This document shows positions 40,769 through 53,768 of a stretch of DNA of 64,000 bases, piece after piece. Positions within the stretch are counted from its first letter, which is position 1; each line of letters starts with the position of its first letter. The position numbers and the translations under genes were made by a program. The notes beneath the pieces were generated by a model that was given only the letters and a program-made list of their open reading frames with translations, was not told where the DNA came from and searched no databases. The DNA is from Octopus bimaculoides (lineage: Eukaryota): assembly GCF_001194135.2 (NCBI RefSeq), contig NC_068988.1, positions 36,420,670-36,484,669 of the forward strand. Reading direction: 5' to 3'.

Positions 40769-42065
40769 ATTATAATTAAGGGCATAGAAAATATTATTGC
40801 CTATATACTGAAAGGTGTCGTTTAATCGTCGAAGCACATTAAATAGCATCACTATTATTATTACACACCCGACGAAATCGAGCGAGTAAGCCAAAAGAAA
40901 TTCATAAAATTGAATCATCTCTGGATCTCCAAATGTCTGGACTAATTCGAAGGTTTTCCCTCCATCAGCAGAGAATACTGAGGAAATAAAAGAAATACTT
41001 ATACATGCCACAGAAAAGTAGATGCAGTACCCCAAATATATTCATAGCAAGACTAGACACGTATGTAACTATCAAGAATAGCACACGAATAGCTAAACTG
41101 TCGCAAAGTGAATGGGAATTAATTCAGGGATATGAAAGGATAAAACAGTTAAACATTTCATCAGTGGCCAGCATATAAACATATAGAACTATTAAGGTGA
41201 AATCATAAATACAATTATTATTAAGGACATAAAAAAAAATGTTCGTCTATACGCTGAAAGGAGACGGTAAATCTTCGAACCACATTAAATTTCATTACTA
41301 TTATTATTACACACGCATCGAAATCTAGGGAGCAAGCCAACAGAAATTCCTAATATTGAGTTATGTTTGGATCGTTCAATTTCTGGATTAACCCAAGGTT
41401 TTCTCCTTTATCAGCAGAGAATACTTAGGCAATAAAAGAAATACTTATACATACCCACAGAAAAGCAGACGCAATATGTTTTCTATGCCCTTAATCATAA
41501 TTTTATTTGTGAATTCACCTTAATAAGACTATATTTTCGTATGCTAGCCACTAGTAAAATATTTAACAATTTTATCCTTTCATATTATAATTGAATTAAT
41601 TCCCATTCACTTCGTCTTGCCATTTATGTGCTATTCTTGATCGGCTACACATGTGTCGAGGCTTGCTATGGAATTCGATATGAATATATTTGGGGTATTT
41701 ATATGCGTTCATGATATTGCGTCTACTTTTCTGTTGGTATGTATAAGTATTTCTTTTATTTCATTAGTATTCTCTGCTGATAGAGAGAACACCTTTGGCT
41801 TAATCTAGTAAATTGCCGATCCATACATGACTCAATTTTTGATTTTCTCTTTGCTTACTCCCTCGATTTCAACGTGTGTATTAATAATAGTAATGCTGTT
41901 TAATGTGGTTCGACGATTTAACGTCTCCTTTCAGTATTTAGGCGAGATTTTTTTCTGTGCCCTTAATTATAAATGTCGTTATGATTTCACCTTAACAGGT
42001 CTATATTTCTGTATTGTGGCGACTGATAAAATTTTAACAATTTTATTCTTTTATATTATATATAT
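40768..42065. repeat. Diverged ~445-473-bp tandem repeat whose orientation inverts at ~41474
   Basis: Unit 1 40768-41212; unit 2 (partial) 41213-41477; inverted full unit ~41502-41974; inverted partial unit 41975-42065, then gap. Shared blocks include TCAGCAGAGAATACT, AATAAAAGAAATACTTATACAT and GTGAATGGGAATTAATTCA. Confidence 0.9.
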
Positions 42066-42915
42066 NNNNNNNNNNNNNNNNNNNNNNNNNNNNNNNNATA
42101 TGTTTCGAGAAGGAGAGCAACTGGTAGATAAAAATGTAGACAGACTTTGCTACGAATATATGCAACTTCTAACATAAAAGAACTAATTGAATATGAAATT
42201 GCACAGCGAGGATTTTTGCAAATTTGTACTAATCAAAATTTATAAACTTAACCAGTTTAACATTTTAATTATTTTAACAGTCGTAAATCTTGAGGAAGTT
42301 GGAACTATCGAAAACTGTATCATTTCTGGTATAATACACATACACACATATACACACAAACATAACAGACGGGTACACACACATACACACACAAACACGC
42401 GCACACATATATGGATGAATATGAATATGAATATCTGTATTTTGTAATGTTATGTTTACAATTATTATCTGTTTCCTATAGCTTAGCTTTATTTCTATAT
42501 TGTGCTTTTATAGTATTTTGCTTCCTTTTTATTTTCAAGATACTGTAGTGTATATTGTTTGAAAGTCATCTAAAGCCATTATCCATTACCATGCGAAATC
42601 TGTGATATAGTTTTTAATCTGAATTTGAAATAACATGTTAATGACCAACTAAAAATGTCTTGCTTAGTTTTGTCATTGACACAAGAAATATATGCAATTT
42701 CACTTACATATAAAAATGCAAACACATATAAATAGGTACTTTAAAATGCAGTCGCAAAATAAGCATACACTTAAATATATACTGGCAATCACATGTATAC
42801 GAAACTGAAGAGCAAACAGGATTTTACAGACAAAATTGTGCCATATATTAAGACAAGAATATACGCAATCATTTCATACGTCCATTGAAGTATCTGTTTC
42901 ATAAAAATAGTGAAC

Positions 42916-42972
<57 letters not shown>

Positions 42973-44784
42973 TATATATCCAAGTACACATAATGCCAAA
43001 TACATGCACTCATACATACAAATGTGTGTATGTACATGTACATTTAATTATACATACACCTACGTGCGTAGATATGTCTCTACGTATGTATAACAAAATC
43101 AATTTAAGAAAGACAACACAGAGTTACTAGACGCATACAGAATAAGCAGTGACATGAAATATTATTAATTTATTTAAGTTAAGTCTACCTCCAGATACTG
43201 TAGATACTGTCTGTGTTTATTGTTACCAAACCCACACACGAAGAGATGGTAATGTAATGGATGAGAATCCTTTAACATTAACATGCCATTTAACGAATCT
43301 GAGTGTCTATTGACATGATGGTAGTTATAATTTGTTTTGTTTTTTTTGCATCAAATGGTCTATGCAACATTTGCTCTAACTTGCAACGACATACAAAGAG
43401 GAGAACGTATTTATGTTTTAGACAGTTGCCATATTTAGGAGCAATGTGAGCTAAGGAAAATATCGTGCCTCTAGAAATCGAAGTCTCTATACTAATTAAA
43501 ATCTACTTCTATCTTAAGACATAATATGATTTTAACCTTTTCTTTTTAATCTTTTCTCTGTTTCAACCATTTAAATGTAGTCAAGTTGGCGCATCATTTA
43601 AAAGAAACATGAAACATATACTCATACCGCTTTTGAAAGAAGAAGACCAACACTTAACTCACATGGACATCGAATATCAAAGAAAATTAGGAAATAATAT
43701 CCCATAATAAATTTAGATGATGAGAAGATAATGAGATATTTGAAACTCGTGGTTAATATTGCAGCCATGTTTGCTGTAACTATTTGAACATTAAAAAGGC
43801 ATAATCTTTTTCCGTTCTACATTATTTTTCTATATAGATACCTGTTAATTGTCTACATCAGTTGCGATTAGACTATGCTATACAGATAGAGTCCAATAAA
43901 AACGAAACTATCTCCTTGTGCGATATGGCACTTGAACGAAACACTGTTTATTAGAAATAGCTGTAAAGAATGTTCATTTTATTTGTACCGGTCAAATAAG
44001 AATTTCTTTTATCAAAGTGTAATTAACTCCATCGAATTTGTTAGTTTATATGCTGTACCTCCATTGAAGACGGTAAAAGAAGGGGAAATCCGAAAATAGA
44101 ATTAGACATAACCTGGTTGATCATGTTTTTTTTCTCTCCACGAATATGTTGTGTATGCAAAGTGATTATAACACTCTATGCATAGTTCCGGTGAAAAATA
44201 TTTATATATTTTATTCTACAGTACAGCATTGACAAAACAAAAAATCACGTGTCTACGCGTTTGTGTGCGTATGTATATGTCTACATGTATTTTCTAAATG
44301 GATACTTATGCACAAGTATAAACCCTAATGTATACATACATATATAATGTATATAAAGATTCATGTTTGCACGCAGAAAAGTTTACATTAAAACGAAATG
44401 CAATATTATTCTCCAAAATATATTTTGAAAAGGAAACTGCACAAAGTCCATTGAATTTATACTTATTTTTGGAAGAATAGGAAAACAGATTTAGTTATAT
44501 ACAGCCCTCTGTCATTTCATCATAATGGAAGTAAGCCTTTGTATTAGCAACCACATATTATCCACTGTATACGTATATAATATCGAGTTTATGAAATGGA
44601 AACAAATAAATCGATATGCAACATATGGGTGAATATATAAAATGAGGCAGAAATAATTACTTACATAAGAACACAATATAATCGAGACGCAGGTTTAATA
44701 CAGCATTCCACATAGTTTTACCTAGCAAAGTAAGTTAAATATCGTAACACCGACAATGTTTCTAATAATAATGCTGTTGGTCTT

Positions 44785-44914
44785 AATAAAAATAATAATC
44801 ATAATAACAACAACAACAACGACAACGACGACGACAATAACAGCAACAACAAAAACAAGAACAGAAACAACAACAAAAACAACAACAACAATAGTAATCA
44901 TAATAATAATAATA
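44785..44914. repeat. (AAT)n/(AAC)n/(GAC)n trinucleotide tract
   Basis: Direct reading. Confidence 0.9.
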
Positions 44915-46835
44915 TGAGGAACTGGATGGGAAAGAACAAGGTTTAAAAGCCGTGCCGGATGTTGAAGAAAGTAAAAGATTTCGGTCAAACATATGGTCTT
45001 GGGAGAAACAAAACGCAACTGAAGTAGAGTCACTCAAAGAGGAAAGTGGAGACTTCAGTAGGAGTAATTGAGAATAACCGAAGGGATGATTAGAGATCAG
45101 TGCAGGAAAATTCCGCTCTGGAAAGGGCCAGAATCCAGGTGAGATTCAGGACTTTTGGCTTCAAAACTTGACAGCTTTGCACAGGAGAATTACGAGAAAG
45201 CTGGACGAAATAGTGAGTACTGAAATCCGAGTATCGGACTGGATGACAAAAAGAAGAACGGTACTATGCCAGAAGGACCCAGGTAAAGGAAATGTGGTTC
45301 GAAATTTCGACCAATATCTCGTTTGCCACTGATGTGGAAACCGATGACGGGCATCATATCAAAATTTTTGTCTCTTCTTGCAATCAGCCAGAATAGACAT
45401 CTATAAGTACCTAGATGAGAACGATCTGCTGCTAATAGAACAAAAAGGGTGTAGACGTAAGAGCAGAGGAACGAAGGATCTATTACTAATCGATGTCTAT
45501 TCTGGCTGATTGCAAGAAGAGACAAAAATTTGGCGATGGCGTGAGTGGACTACAGGAAAGCATATGATATGGCTCCACACTCATGAATTATTGAATGCCT
45601 TAAACTACTTAATGTATCACACAATACTCTGAATCTAATTCAAAACTCAATGACAAAGTGGTAAACTGAACTCACAGTATGGGGAGATAATCTGGGAGAG
45701 GTAAATATCAAAAGAGGAATCTTTGAAGGGGACAGTCTGTCGCCTCTTATTTGCTGCCTGTATTCTGCCACTAACGAGTGTTTTAAGAAAGATGCCTGTA
45801 GGGCACAGGCTCGGCAGGATGAACGTAAACAATCTGTTGTTTATAGATGACCTAAAGCTATTCGCCAAGACGGAGAAAGGAATTGAGAGTTTGGCGGTAA
45901 CTGTGCAGATGATTAGCAAATATATTGGCATGGAATTTGAGATCGAGAAATTTGGTGAATCACATAAGGGAGGAAATAAAAAAAATCTATGGTATCGAGC
46001 TGGAAAGTGGTGAAGCAATAAGGGACCCAGGAAAGGAAGGATTAATTACCTGGGTATCTTTGAAAGAAATAAGATGGATGAACACAAGAGAAAAGAAATA
46101 TACAGGAAAAAGTATTTGAGGGGATTTCGGCTTGTGCTCCAATCGAAGCTAAATGACCGCAAAAAGATTAGAGCAAGTAACACGTGGGCCGTTGTTTGAG
46201 GAGATATAGGGCAGAAATAATATTTTGGAAGAAGCATGAATTACAAGCGATAGACTGTAGAACACATAAATTAATGACAATGAACAAGAATCTACACACC
46301 AAGAGTGTTGTGTCAAGATTGTATGTAAAGAGGAGGGAGGGAAGACGGTGATTAGTATGTTGTGAAGTTTGTGTTAGCGAGCCTGGCTTGGAATTTCAAG
46401 GGTAGTAAAGAAGAAATGATTGAAGGAGTGAAAATGCAGGCTACCTTAAAAGTGAACGAAGCCGTAGATCTAACACAATTTAAGAAAGACCAGAGAGAGC
46501 AGATGAAGAAACTTTGGCAGGAAAAGAAAATGTACACTCAGTTCTTGAAGAATAAAGATGAGATTGATTGGAATAGAATCGGGTAATAGCTTCAAAAAGG
46601 AGACACAAAAGGGTTCACTGAAGCATTAGTGTATAGGGTTTAAGAACAAGCTCTCAAAACAAACCAATCCAAATATCATAATGTAGGATCTGCTCTGAGA
46701 AGTGAGAAAGTATAAGCTTTATTGTTAGTGAGAGCTGTAAGCTCGCACAACGCGAATACAAAAGGAGACACGATAATGTGGCCAGATATGTCCACTGGCT
46801 TTTGTGCGGAATCAGGAATAGAACAACATAAATAA
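44915..46835 (+). mobile_element. R4/Dong-type (restriction-like endonuclease group) non-LTR retrotransposon remnant
   Basis: PDVEESKRFRSNIWS, QDFWLQNLTALH, WMTKRRTVLCQKDPGKGN..NFRPIS.LPLMWK, EQKGCRRKSRGTKDLLLID, DYRKAYDM.PHS, KRGIFEGDSLSPL, NLLFIDDLKLF, RLYVKRREG, C(R)IC....YKRRHDNVARYVHWLLC. Confidence 0.85.
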
Positions 46836-47199
46836 ATAAATGCAGTAAGGATTGAATCAAATGTTAAAGGTATTGTGCGGGAATTATAAAGTTATACCGG
46901 TTTCTGTTCAAGCATGTTCGATTTCATTCTTCAGGGAACCAGTCCACGAATTAACTATCGCAAATGTGTCTACGTTTATATGCGTTTATAATTATTTCAT
47001 ACGCACATGAAGCTTTTATTAACAATAATTCACACCAATCATTAATTCAATGTACCACAGTTTTAAACAACGTCGAAGGAAAATGGTTATTAACACTTAA
47101 ACAGCTGATATCATCATTTTATGTTCCTTTAGAGTATGGAAGACGTCATCAATTGATGCTTCATAAATTTTACACCGTTAAAATGTTAGCAAGTTAAGA

Positions 47200-47395
47200 G
47201 ATGGAGGTAAGTCGATTCCATCAACCACAATCATCAGCTGTTACTTATTTTATCGATCTCGAGAGATTGAAAGACAAAGTGTACCTCGGTGGCTCTTGAA
47301 CTTAGCACGAAAAGAGGGACGAAATGCCGCTAAACATTTTGCCGGCCTGTTAACAATTTTGCCAGCTTGCCGCTTTTCTGTCTTCTAATAATAAA
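47200..47395 (-). mobile_element. tRNA-derived SINE (family A)
   Basis: TACTTATTTTATCGATCTCG...GACGAAATGCCGCTAAACATTTTGCCGG...GCCAGCTTGCCGC. Confidence 0.7.
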
Positions 47396-48254
47396 AAAAT
47401 ACTCGAACGTCACGTGATTGATAAGTGATAATTAAGATACAACCTATCATCTAAGAATGCCGTGAAATGTTCAGCATACCCTTTCCACAAATGTGTGCGT
47501 AAAAACAAAACTGATTTTTTTCCTAAGGGAAATTTTTATATTTATTTTCATTTAAAAAAAATATATATAATAATTTTTAAACTACAGCACAACCTCATCG
47601 TTGAAACTTTTCTCAAACTATTTCTTTCCTTGAATCCGAAAACTGTATAAACAGACTATGTAAAAGAGTGAACTGAATTTTCTAATTGTTCGGTTCATAT
47701 GTTGACAACTCTTACGTGATCTAAAAATAATTTCGTTACTTGAGCATATCATTGAACTAGCAACCAGAGACTATACTCAACTTTCAAATATTTGGATGGT
47801 ATGTGGTACAAAATGTTTGTTTTTTTTTGTTTGTTTTTTTTATCCGCGAAATATATTTTATCCTACCCTAGAAATCTTTAAATCCGAAGGATTACAGTTA
47901 ATTCACTGTCCAATTCGTACATAACTTATGCATACCGTTAATAATCTATGGAATGAGAAGCACAACCAATCACATTATTCCACGAGGGACATGAAAGTCA
48001 AAACGTTAGAATATTCGAATGGAGTTTGTACGAAACAAAGTATTCATCACAATTTGCTATCATATATTTTGTTGCCAAAAATAATTTAAGTGCGTGTCAA
48101 AGAAACAATACTAATTATTGTATTGATTCCGCTTTGAATTTCACCGAAACAGTTCACACAATCAGAGATTCAACGAAACATAATTGGTGTTAGGGACTAC
48201 ACTGTATTAATAACTCTTATTAGTTTACAATTACTAATAATCTACATGTTGATA

Positions 48255-48400
48255 AAGGAGAATTTTTAGCCCGCCGGGTAAAATATTTAGCGACTATTCA
48301 TTCCTGTTATCCTTCTTATTTCAAATTCTCACGAGGTCGGCTTCGCCTTTCACCCTTTCAGTTTTGTAAGCAAATGAATAACTGTCAGTCTGGATAAGCT
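48255..48400 (+). mobile_element. Degenerate SINE (family A) head
   Basis: TTAGCCCGCCGGGTAAAATATTTAGCG...TTCAAATTCTCACGAGGTCGGCTTCGCCTTTCACCCTTTC. Confidence 0.6.
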
Positions 48401-48599
48401 CGGATTTACAGAAAAGAAATCAGTCGACTCGCACATTGCAAGTACTGTCTGTAAAACTATGCAAAACTTTTCTCAGATTTAGAATGTGACTTCATTTTCG
48501 TTATCTACATTCCAATAATGGAACTTTGTTGTATATATGTTAGAAAGGAGCTCCTTCTTCAGAGGAAGAACTTAAATGATTAAAATTAGAAGAGAAACG

Positions 48600-48650
48600 T
48601 ATGTCCATCCATCCATCCATAATACATACATACATACATACATACATACA

Positions 48651-48680
<30 letters not shown>
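48600..48680. repeat. (CATC)n-(CATA)n microsatellite
   Basis: Direct reading. Confidence 0.9.
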
Positions 48681-48681
<1 letters not shown>

Positions 48682-49683
48682 GTGCAATATAAGACGTATA
48701 TACGTATGCGAAACTAGATGTAAAACGCTAAACATAAAATAATTTTTAGTCAACATGCAAGAATAATTTAAATCTTAGACACCATTAGAAGAAAACAAGT
48801 GCAAAGAAGTGAAAGGTATGAATAAAAATATTCAATACCTTTCCATGTTAATTTCGCTTTAGAAAAGACAAGCGAATATCGTGTCATTTCATTTTTTGCG
48901 ACCGAATCCAAAATATCTTATGATGCGTACAGTAATGTATTACTATAAAAGATGGGTAAAAAGCTAGTATGAAGTAGCATGTCGGTCTCGCTTGGTGACT
49001 TCAATTACTATAAAAGTTTTTTCTCACTCGCACTCACTTTCTTGCTTTCACTTCTAGATTTTCTTTATACGTTTCTTTGTACTTTTCTTCACCTTTTGTG
49101 TGTCCATTAGGATATAGCTTTTGTTTTGAAATCGTTTTTTTCCCTCCCTTTCCTCATGCGTTACCTTTTTTCTCTACTTCATCCGCAACTTCACTGTGAC
49201 ACATTTTCACATAGTATAACTTCATTCCTCTACATGCAATTTGGCTCAAAGAAACGGTTCGCTGGACACGTGTGTTACGACGTACATACTTCGTGTGTGC
49301 GCATATACATGCATACAAATATGCATTAATATATGTATGTATGTGTGTGTGTGTGTGTGTGAACGTATGTCTATAAATATATACATCATTTATACATCAA
49401 CACATATAGGTGTCCATATACATCGACATATATATGCATGTCTACATTCCCCAACATGTTTATATTTGTGCACAATCTATGTGTATGCTTGCATGTCTGA
49501 ACGTGCATCTATTGCTAAACAAATCAAAATAGAATATTCTAAAGAAATGCATATTCAAAGGCGTTTACACAGTTATTCTGAAGGCATCCATATCTGATCG
49601 TCATTTTAAAAATTATTTAACATATTCTAGGATCGGAAATGAGAGTAAATAATATATACATACATACTTTACATATATGTTTG

Positions 49684-49685
49684 TG

Positions 49686-49762
<77 letters not shown>

Positions 49763-49815
49763 TGTGTGCGCGCGTGTGTGTGTGTATGCGTGTGTGTGTG
49801 TGTGTGTGTGTGTGC
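49684..49815. repeat. (TG)n interrupted microsatellite
   Basis: Direct reading. Confidence 0.95.
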
Positions 49816-52328
49816 ATATATATGCTTGCGTGTGTATGTGCCCGTGTTTGATGCATGTTTGTATGTACATGTATTACACGATTCACTTTGTTCTGAAGGG
49901 AACCAAAGTTCATCTAATTTATTCCAAACGTTGCTTATCTTTCTTACTCTATACTTCATGAACAAAGAAGGGATATGGTTTACGATGTTCAGTAGTAGCG
50001 AACTTACACTAATTAATACCATTAATCACCCACAAAATAATTAAAAAAATAGTAATTAACATTTCTATGCAAACCGTCCTTATAATTGTTCTTTTTTTAA
50101 TTCATCCACCTTCCAGTTTTTAATATTCCTGACGAAAAAGGATAGAGAAAACATAGTATAACTCGTTTCTCACTTCGTATGGTATATTCAATACAGCACA
50201 ACATTTACGTAATGAGACTGAGACACAGCTTTAATAGATGAACGTTGACCAATCAATCTCTATGTTATCGGTCAACGTTCAGAGTCACATTTATTTATTT
50301 TTTTAATTTATACATCAACGACATGAAAAGACATATATATTATTTATATTACCTGTTACGTGTTCCTCGGTGTCGCGTACTTGTCTCATTTCCGAATAAC
50401 GTTGACCAATCAACCTTGTGAAATACCGATAGCTTTCGTCCCCGTTAAATTCCGGGAAGAATTCGTTTTTTCTAGGTTTCTATTTTTTAATAATATACGT
50501 CTTGAAAGGGACGATCTTTAAACGAAATGCTCTAACTATTAACATTTAATGACACGTGTACATGAAGTATACGATATTTCATTTACAAACCAAAGTAAAA
50601 CTTGACATGGTAAGCATTATCGTGGACGGAATGCAAACCTCAGTGACAGGAGAATAATGTAAAGTATTGTCTCTAAATCCATCAAACTTTGCTGCACAAT
50701 TGACCACAGTGTAAAACAACCGCATTGCCAATCTACTCTCGAACTAAACCAAACTAAACTAATTAATCGTGAGCCCCATAAGCCTTGATAGCTTGGAGAG
50801 GATGGTATTGCCGAACATTCCGTGTATCAGATCAACATTAATAAAAGGTAAATTGACATAGAGACTATCAAAATTGATTTCCCTTTTCTCTCACCGTTTA
50901 AAGAATCGTAACAGAATAGGTTAAGCTTCCTGTAACAAACGCTGAGAACATGCACGAGTAAAGTTCTTCATGTATTAAATCTATGGTGGATGCTAAAGAT
51001 TAAACAATCAGGTACTCAGTATTCCCTTTCTTTATTCACCACAGGAGACGTAACATCTTATGAAATCATACAAAATTACTTTTAATAATGCATTTCCAAT
51101 ACTTTGCCTAAACCATGCATCTGCCTGTGCATACGTGCGTGCGTGCGCGGGTGTTTTTATGTGTGCGAGTGATTTTTGTTCGTGTGTGTATGTGTTTAAG
51201 TGCACCATTTTAGATATAAATTTGTGGAATCTTCTGCTGAATATATGACTCAAAATATGTCTTATACAAGATTCAGAGTACATGCTTATACTGTCTGTTG
51301 GTTGAATGATCGATTTGATCGGTTTATTTAGAAATTGTAGTTAATTGAAGTCGAAGGTCACTATACACAACATTAGACTACATAAATATTTTCCGAGCAA
51401 TTTATATTACGAACCAGATTAGTATTCAGAGCGTAAGTCATGAGATTGCTGATAGAATACCAATAATCTGTGTATACTAAGAGTAGATGAATAAAGTAAA
51501 TTATATCAAATAATATATTATAGACCAGCTGCAACCTTCTACTGGTATTAGTAACTTGTTAGTATAAATATAATTTTAGTCTCTTAAATAATTATTTAGC
51601 ATTGTATTATTTAATATCTTCCATTTACGTGTAGGGTTAGGAAGCCAAAACTGACGAAGTTCTCCAAGAAGTTTTTGATCAAGTTATAATACACGTTACA
51701 GCTTTGAACCTCTGGTATCTCAGGCGTCTATTTTCAGGTGGTGGGCTGCGCGAAAAAGGTTAATAATAAATCCTTTGCTCACCATTCCATCTATTCTGAA
51801 ATAAAAAAAGAGGTCCTGAAGCATAGCAATATTGAGATTATAATCAATCCTAAACAAAATAAAACTACATCACTTACATTAGAGTGACACATATAACGGC
51901 CCAAAATCCACAAACGCAATGATATCTATTATTAAATAATTAATAATAGCAAATTATATCTACAAAATGCAGGATACATATATATACGTACATAAATACA
52001 TATCAAAAGAAAGGTCTGGAAGACGCTCAATGTTACAGCAGACCTTCAATGCAGTTCTGATGAAGTGCTTCTCTAATGTCTAAAACCGCAAACGTTACGT
52101 AAATTTTCACTTCGAAATTTTGCGTAAACAGACGTTACCAGCAGGACTGATATAGAAAAAATACTTAACGAATCAATAACAATGTGTTAAAGAATGTTAT
52201 ATCGCATGTTCTGATGGCGTGCCTTCGCCAATAACGTAATGCTACTCAACTAGCGAACTCTCACTTCCGACGACGCGACTCAACAGAACTCGACGTCTAG
52301 ACTACCGACGGCTCCGGCTCGCTCTACC

Positions 52329-52665
52329 TAATGCTTATTTTCTTTATTATAGGCATAAAGCCTGATCAAAGGAGGAACATCGCAAGGACAGACAACACAA
52401 AAGGTGGGGTACATAGAACGAAAGGTATGAAATATGAATATAATGAATTAAAGAATGAAAGAATGCAATGGCTTGATCTCCCCAAAGCAAGCAGTTCCAT
52501 TTTACTGTTCTAATAAATCATAATTTCATCAGTCTTTTATACGATTTTACATATCTCGCATGCAATCCGTTAAGTCATCAAACTCGTCAAAATCCGGTAA
52601 TGTATCGTACTGAAAGTACAGTCCAGTTTTCCTTATTTTTGTTCCAAACAATTCCGTCAATTTCT

Positions 52666-52749
<84 letters not shown>

Positions 52750-53768
52750 TCTCTCTCTCTCTCAAACAGTACCGCTCTTTCCTCGCGACCAAACACCTCT
52801 ACATCCAGCCTTACTCTTATTAAATTCTTCACTTTTGCGATCTTTTTCTCAGTTTCCCCATTCTTATCATAAATTATCATCATTCTTAAGTGTCGGCCAG
52901 TCGGCTGCTTTCTTTGCCTCACATATTCCATTCTCCTCCTTACTTCCTCTTTCCACTCTTCCTATTCTTCTTCTGTCTATTTCTTCTTCCCTACTTGTTG
53001 TTGGCACTGGTTCTAGGGTTCAATTTTCACTGTTGTCTCTTTTCTCTACTACATTTTTCGGTTGCACTTTTTCAGCCTTTCTCTTCTTTTTCAGGTTTTT
53101 TGGCGGTGACTCCGCACGTGTTCATTTTCTGTCTCCTACAATTTCCTCCTCTTCCTTTTCCTCCTCCACTACTGCTTCTTTCACATATGTCTGGTTCTAC
53201 GTTCTTTCCTCTTGTCTCTGGCGACACCTTGCATTCATGTGTCCCCTGGTACTGCAATTATAACATATAGGAGGTCTCCCCTCCACCACGATTTTCAACC
53301 AGGTGTCATCGGGAAGCACCAACTCCTCTGCTATGTTGTGAAAATCTAGCAGGGTTGTATGGACCATGATTTCCAGCCCATATCCCCATTAGTTTATCTC
53401 TGCCGACTTCGCCATCTTGATAATCTCGGTCTCCTCCTCATAATTGCACAGGATAGCTGCGACCAGCCATTCATCAACTATTTCAGGCGGCACTCTCCTT
53501 ATCCGTACTCACGTCGCTCTTTTACCACGGTAGGTTGGTAAAAGTGCCCACCTGGCTGATCTCAACGGCACCGTGGAGTACTTTTTCGCTTCATTCTCGT
53601 TCACGAAGCTAACTTCACCAAAAAAACGGGGAAGAAATAAACCAAGTCAACACTGATTAGCAAATCTCAAAATTCCAACAAATAACAGTTTCAAAAAATC
53701 CAAATTCCAATAACTCACCGCTCTCAACAACAACGCTATCGCCACATGAAATCAACTGCTCAAAAATT
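52329..53768 (-). mobile_element. ORF1-only (HAL1-like) L1/Tx1-type retroelement with CCHC zinc knuckle
   Basis: 7-bp TSD CTCTACC (52322-52328, 53769-53775). Decayed ORF VSFVNENEAKKYSTVPLRS...RIRRVPPEIVDEWLVAAIL...KIVVEGRPPICYNCSTRGHMNARC (CX2CX4HX4C at 53224-53265), a charged linker, and a C-terminus ending at 52547. Then a ~200-nt 3' UTR and AATAAA; no ORF2. Confidence 0.7.
52670..52763. repeat. (CT)n microsatellite inside the ORF1 remnant
   Basis: Direct reading. Confidence 0.95.
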
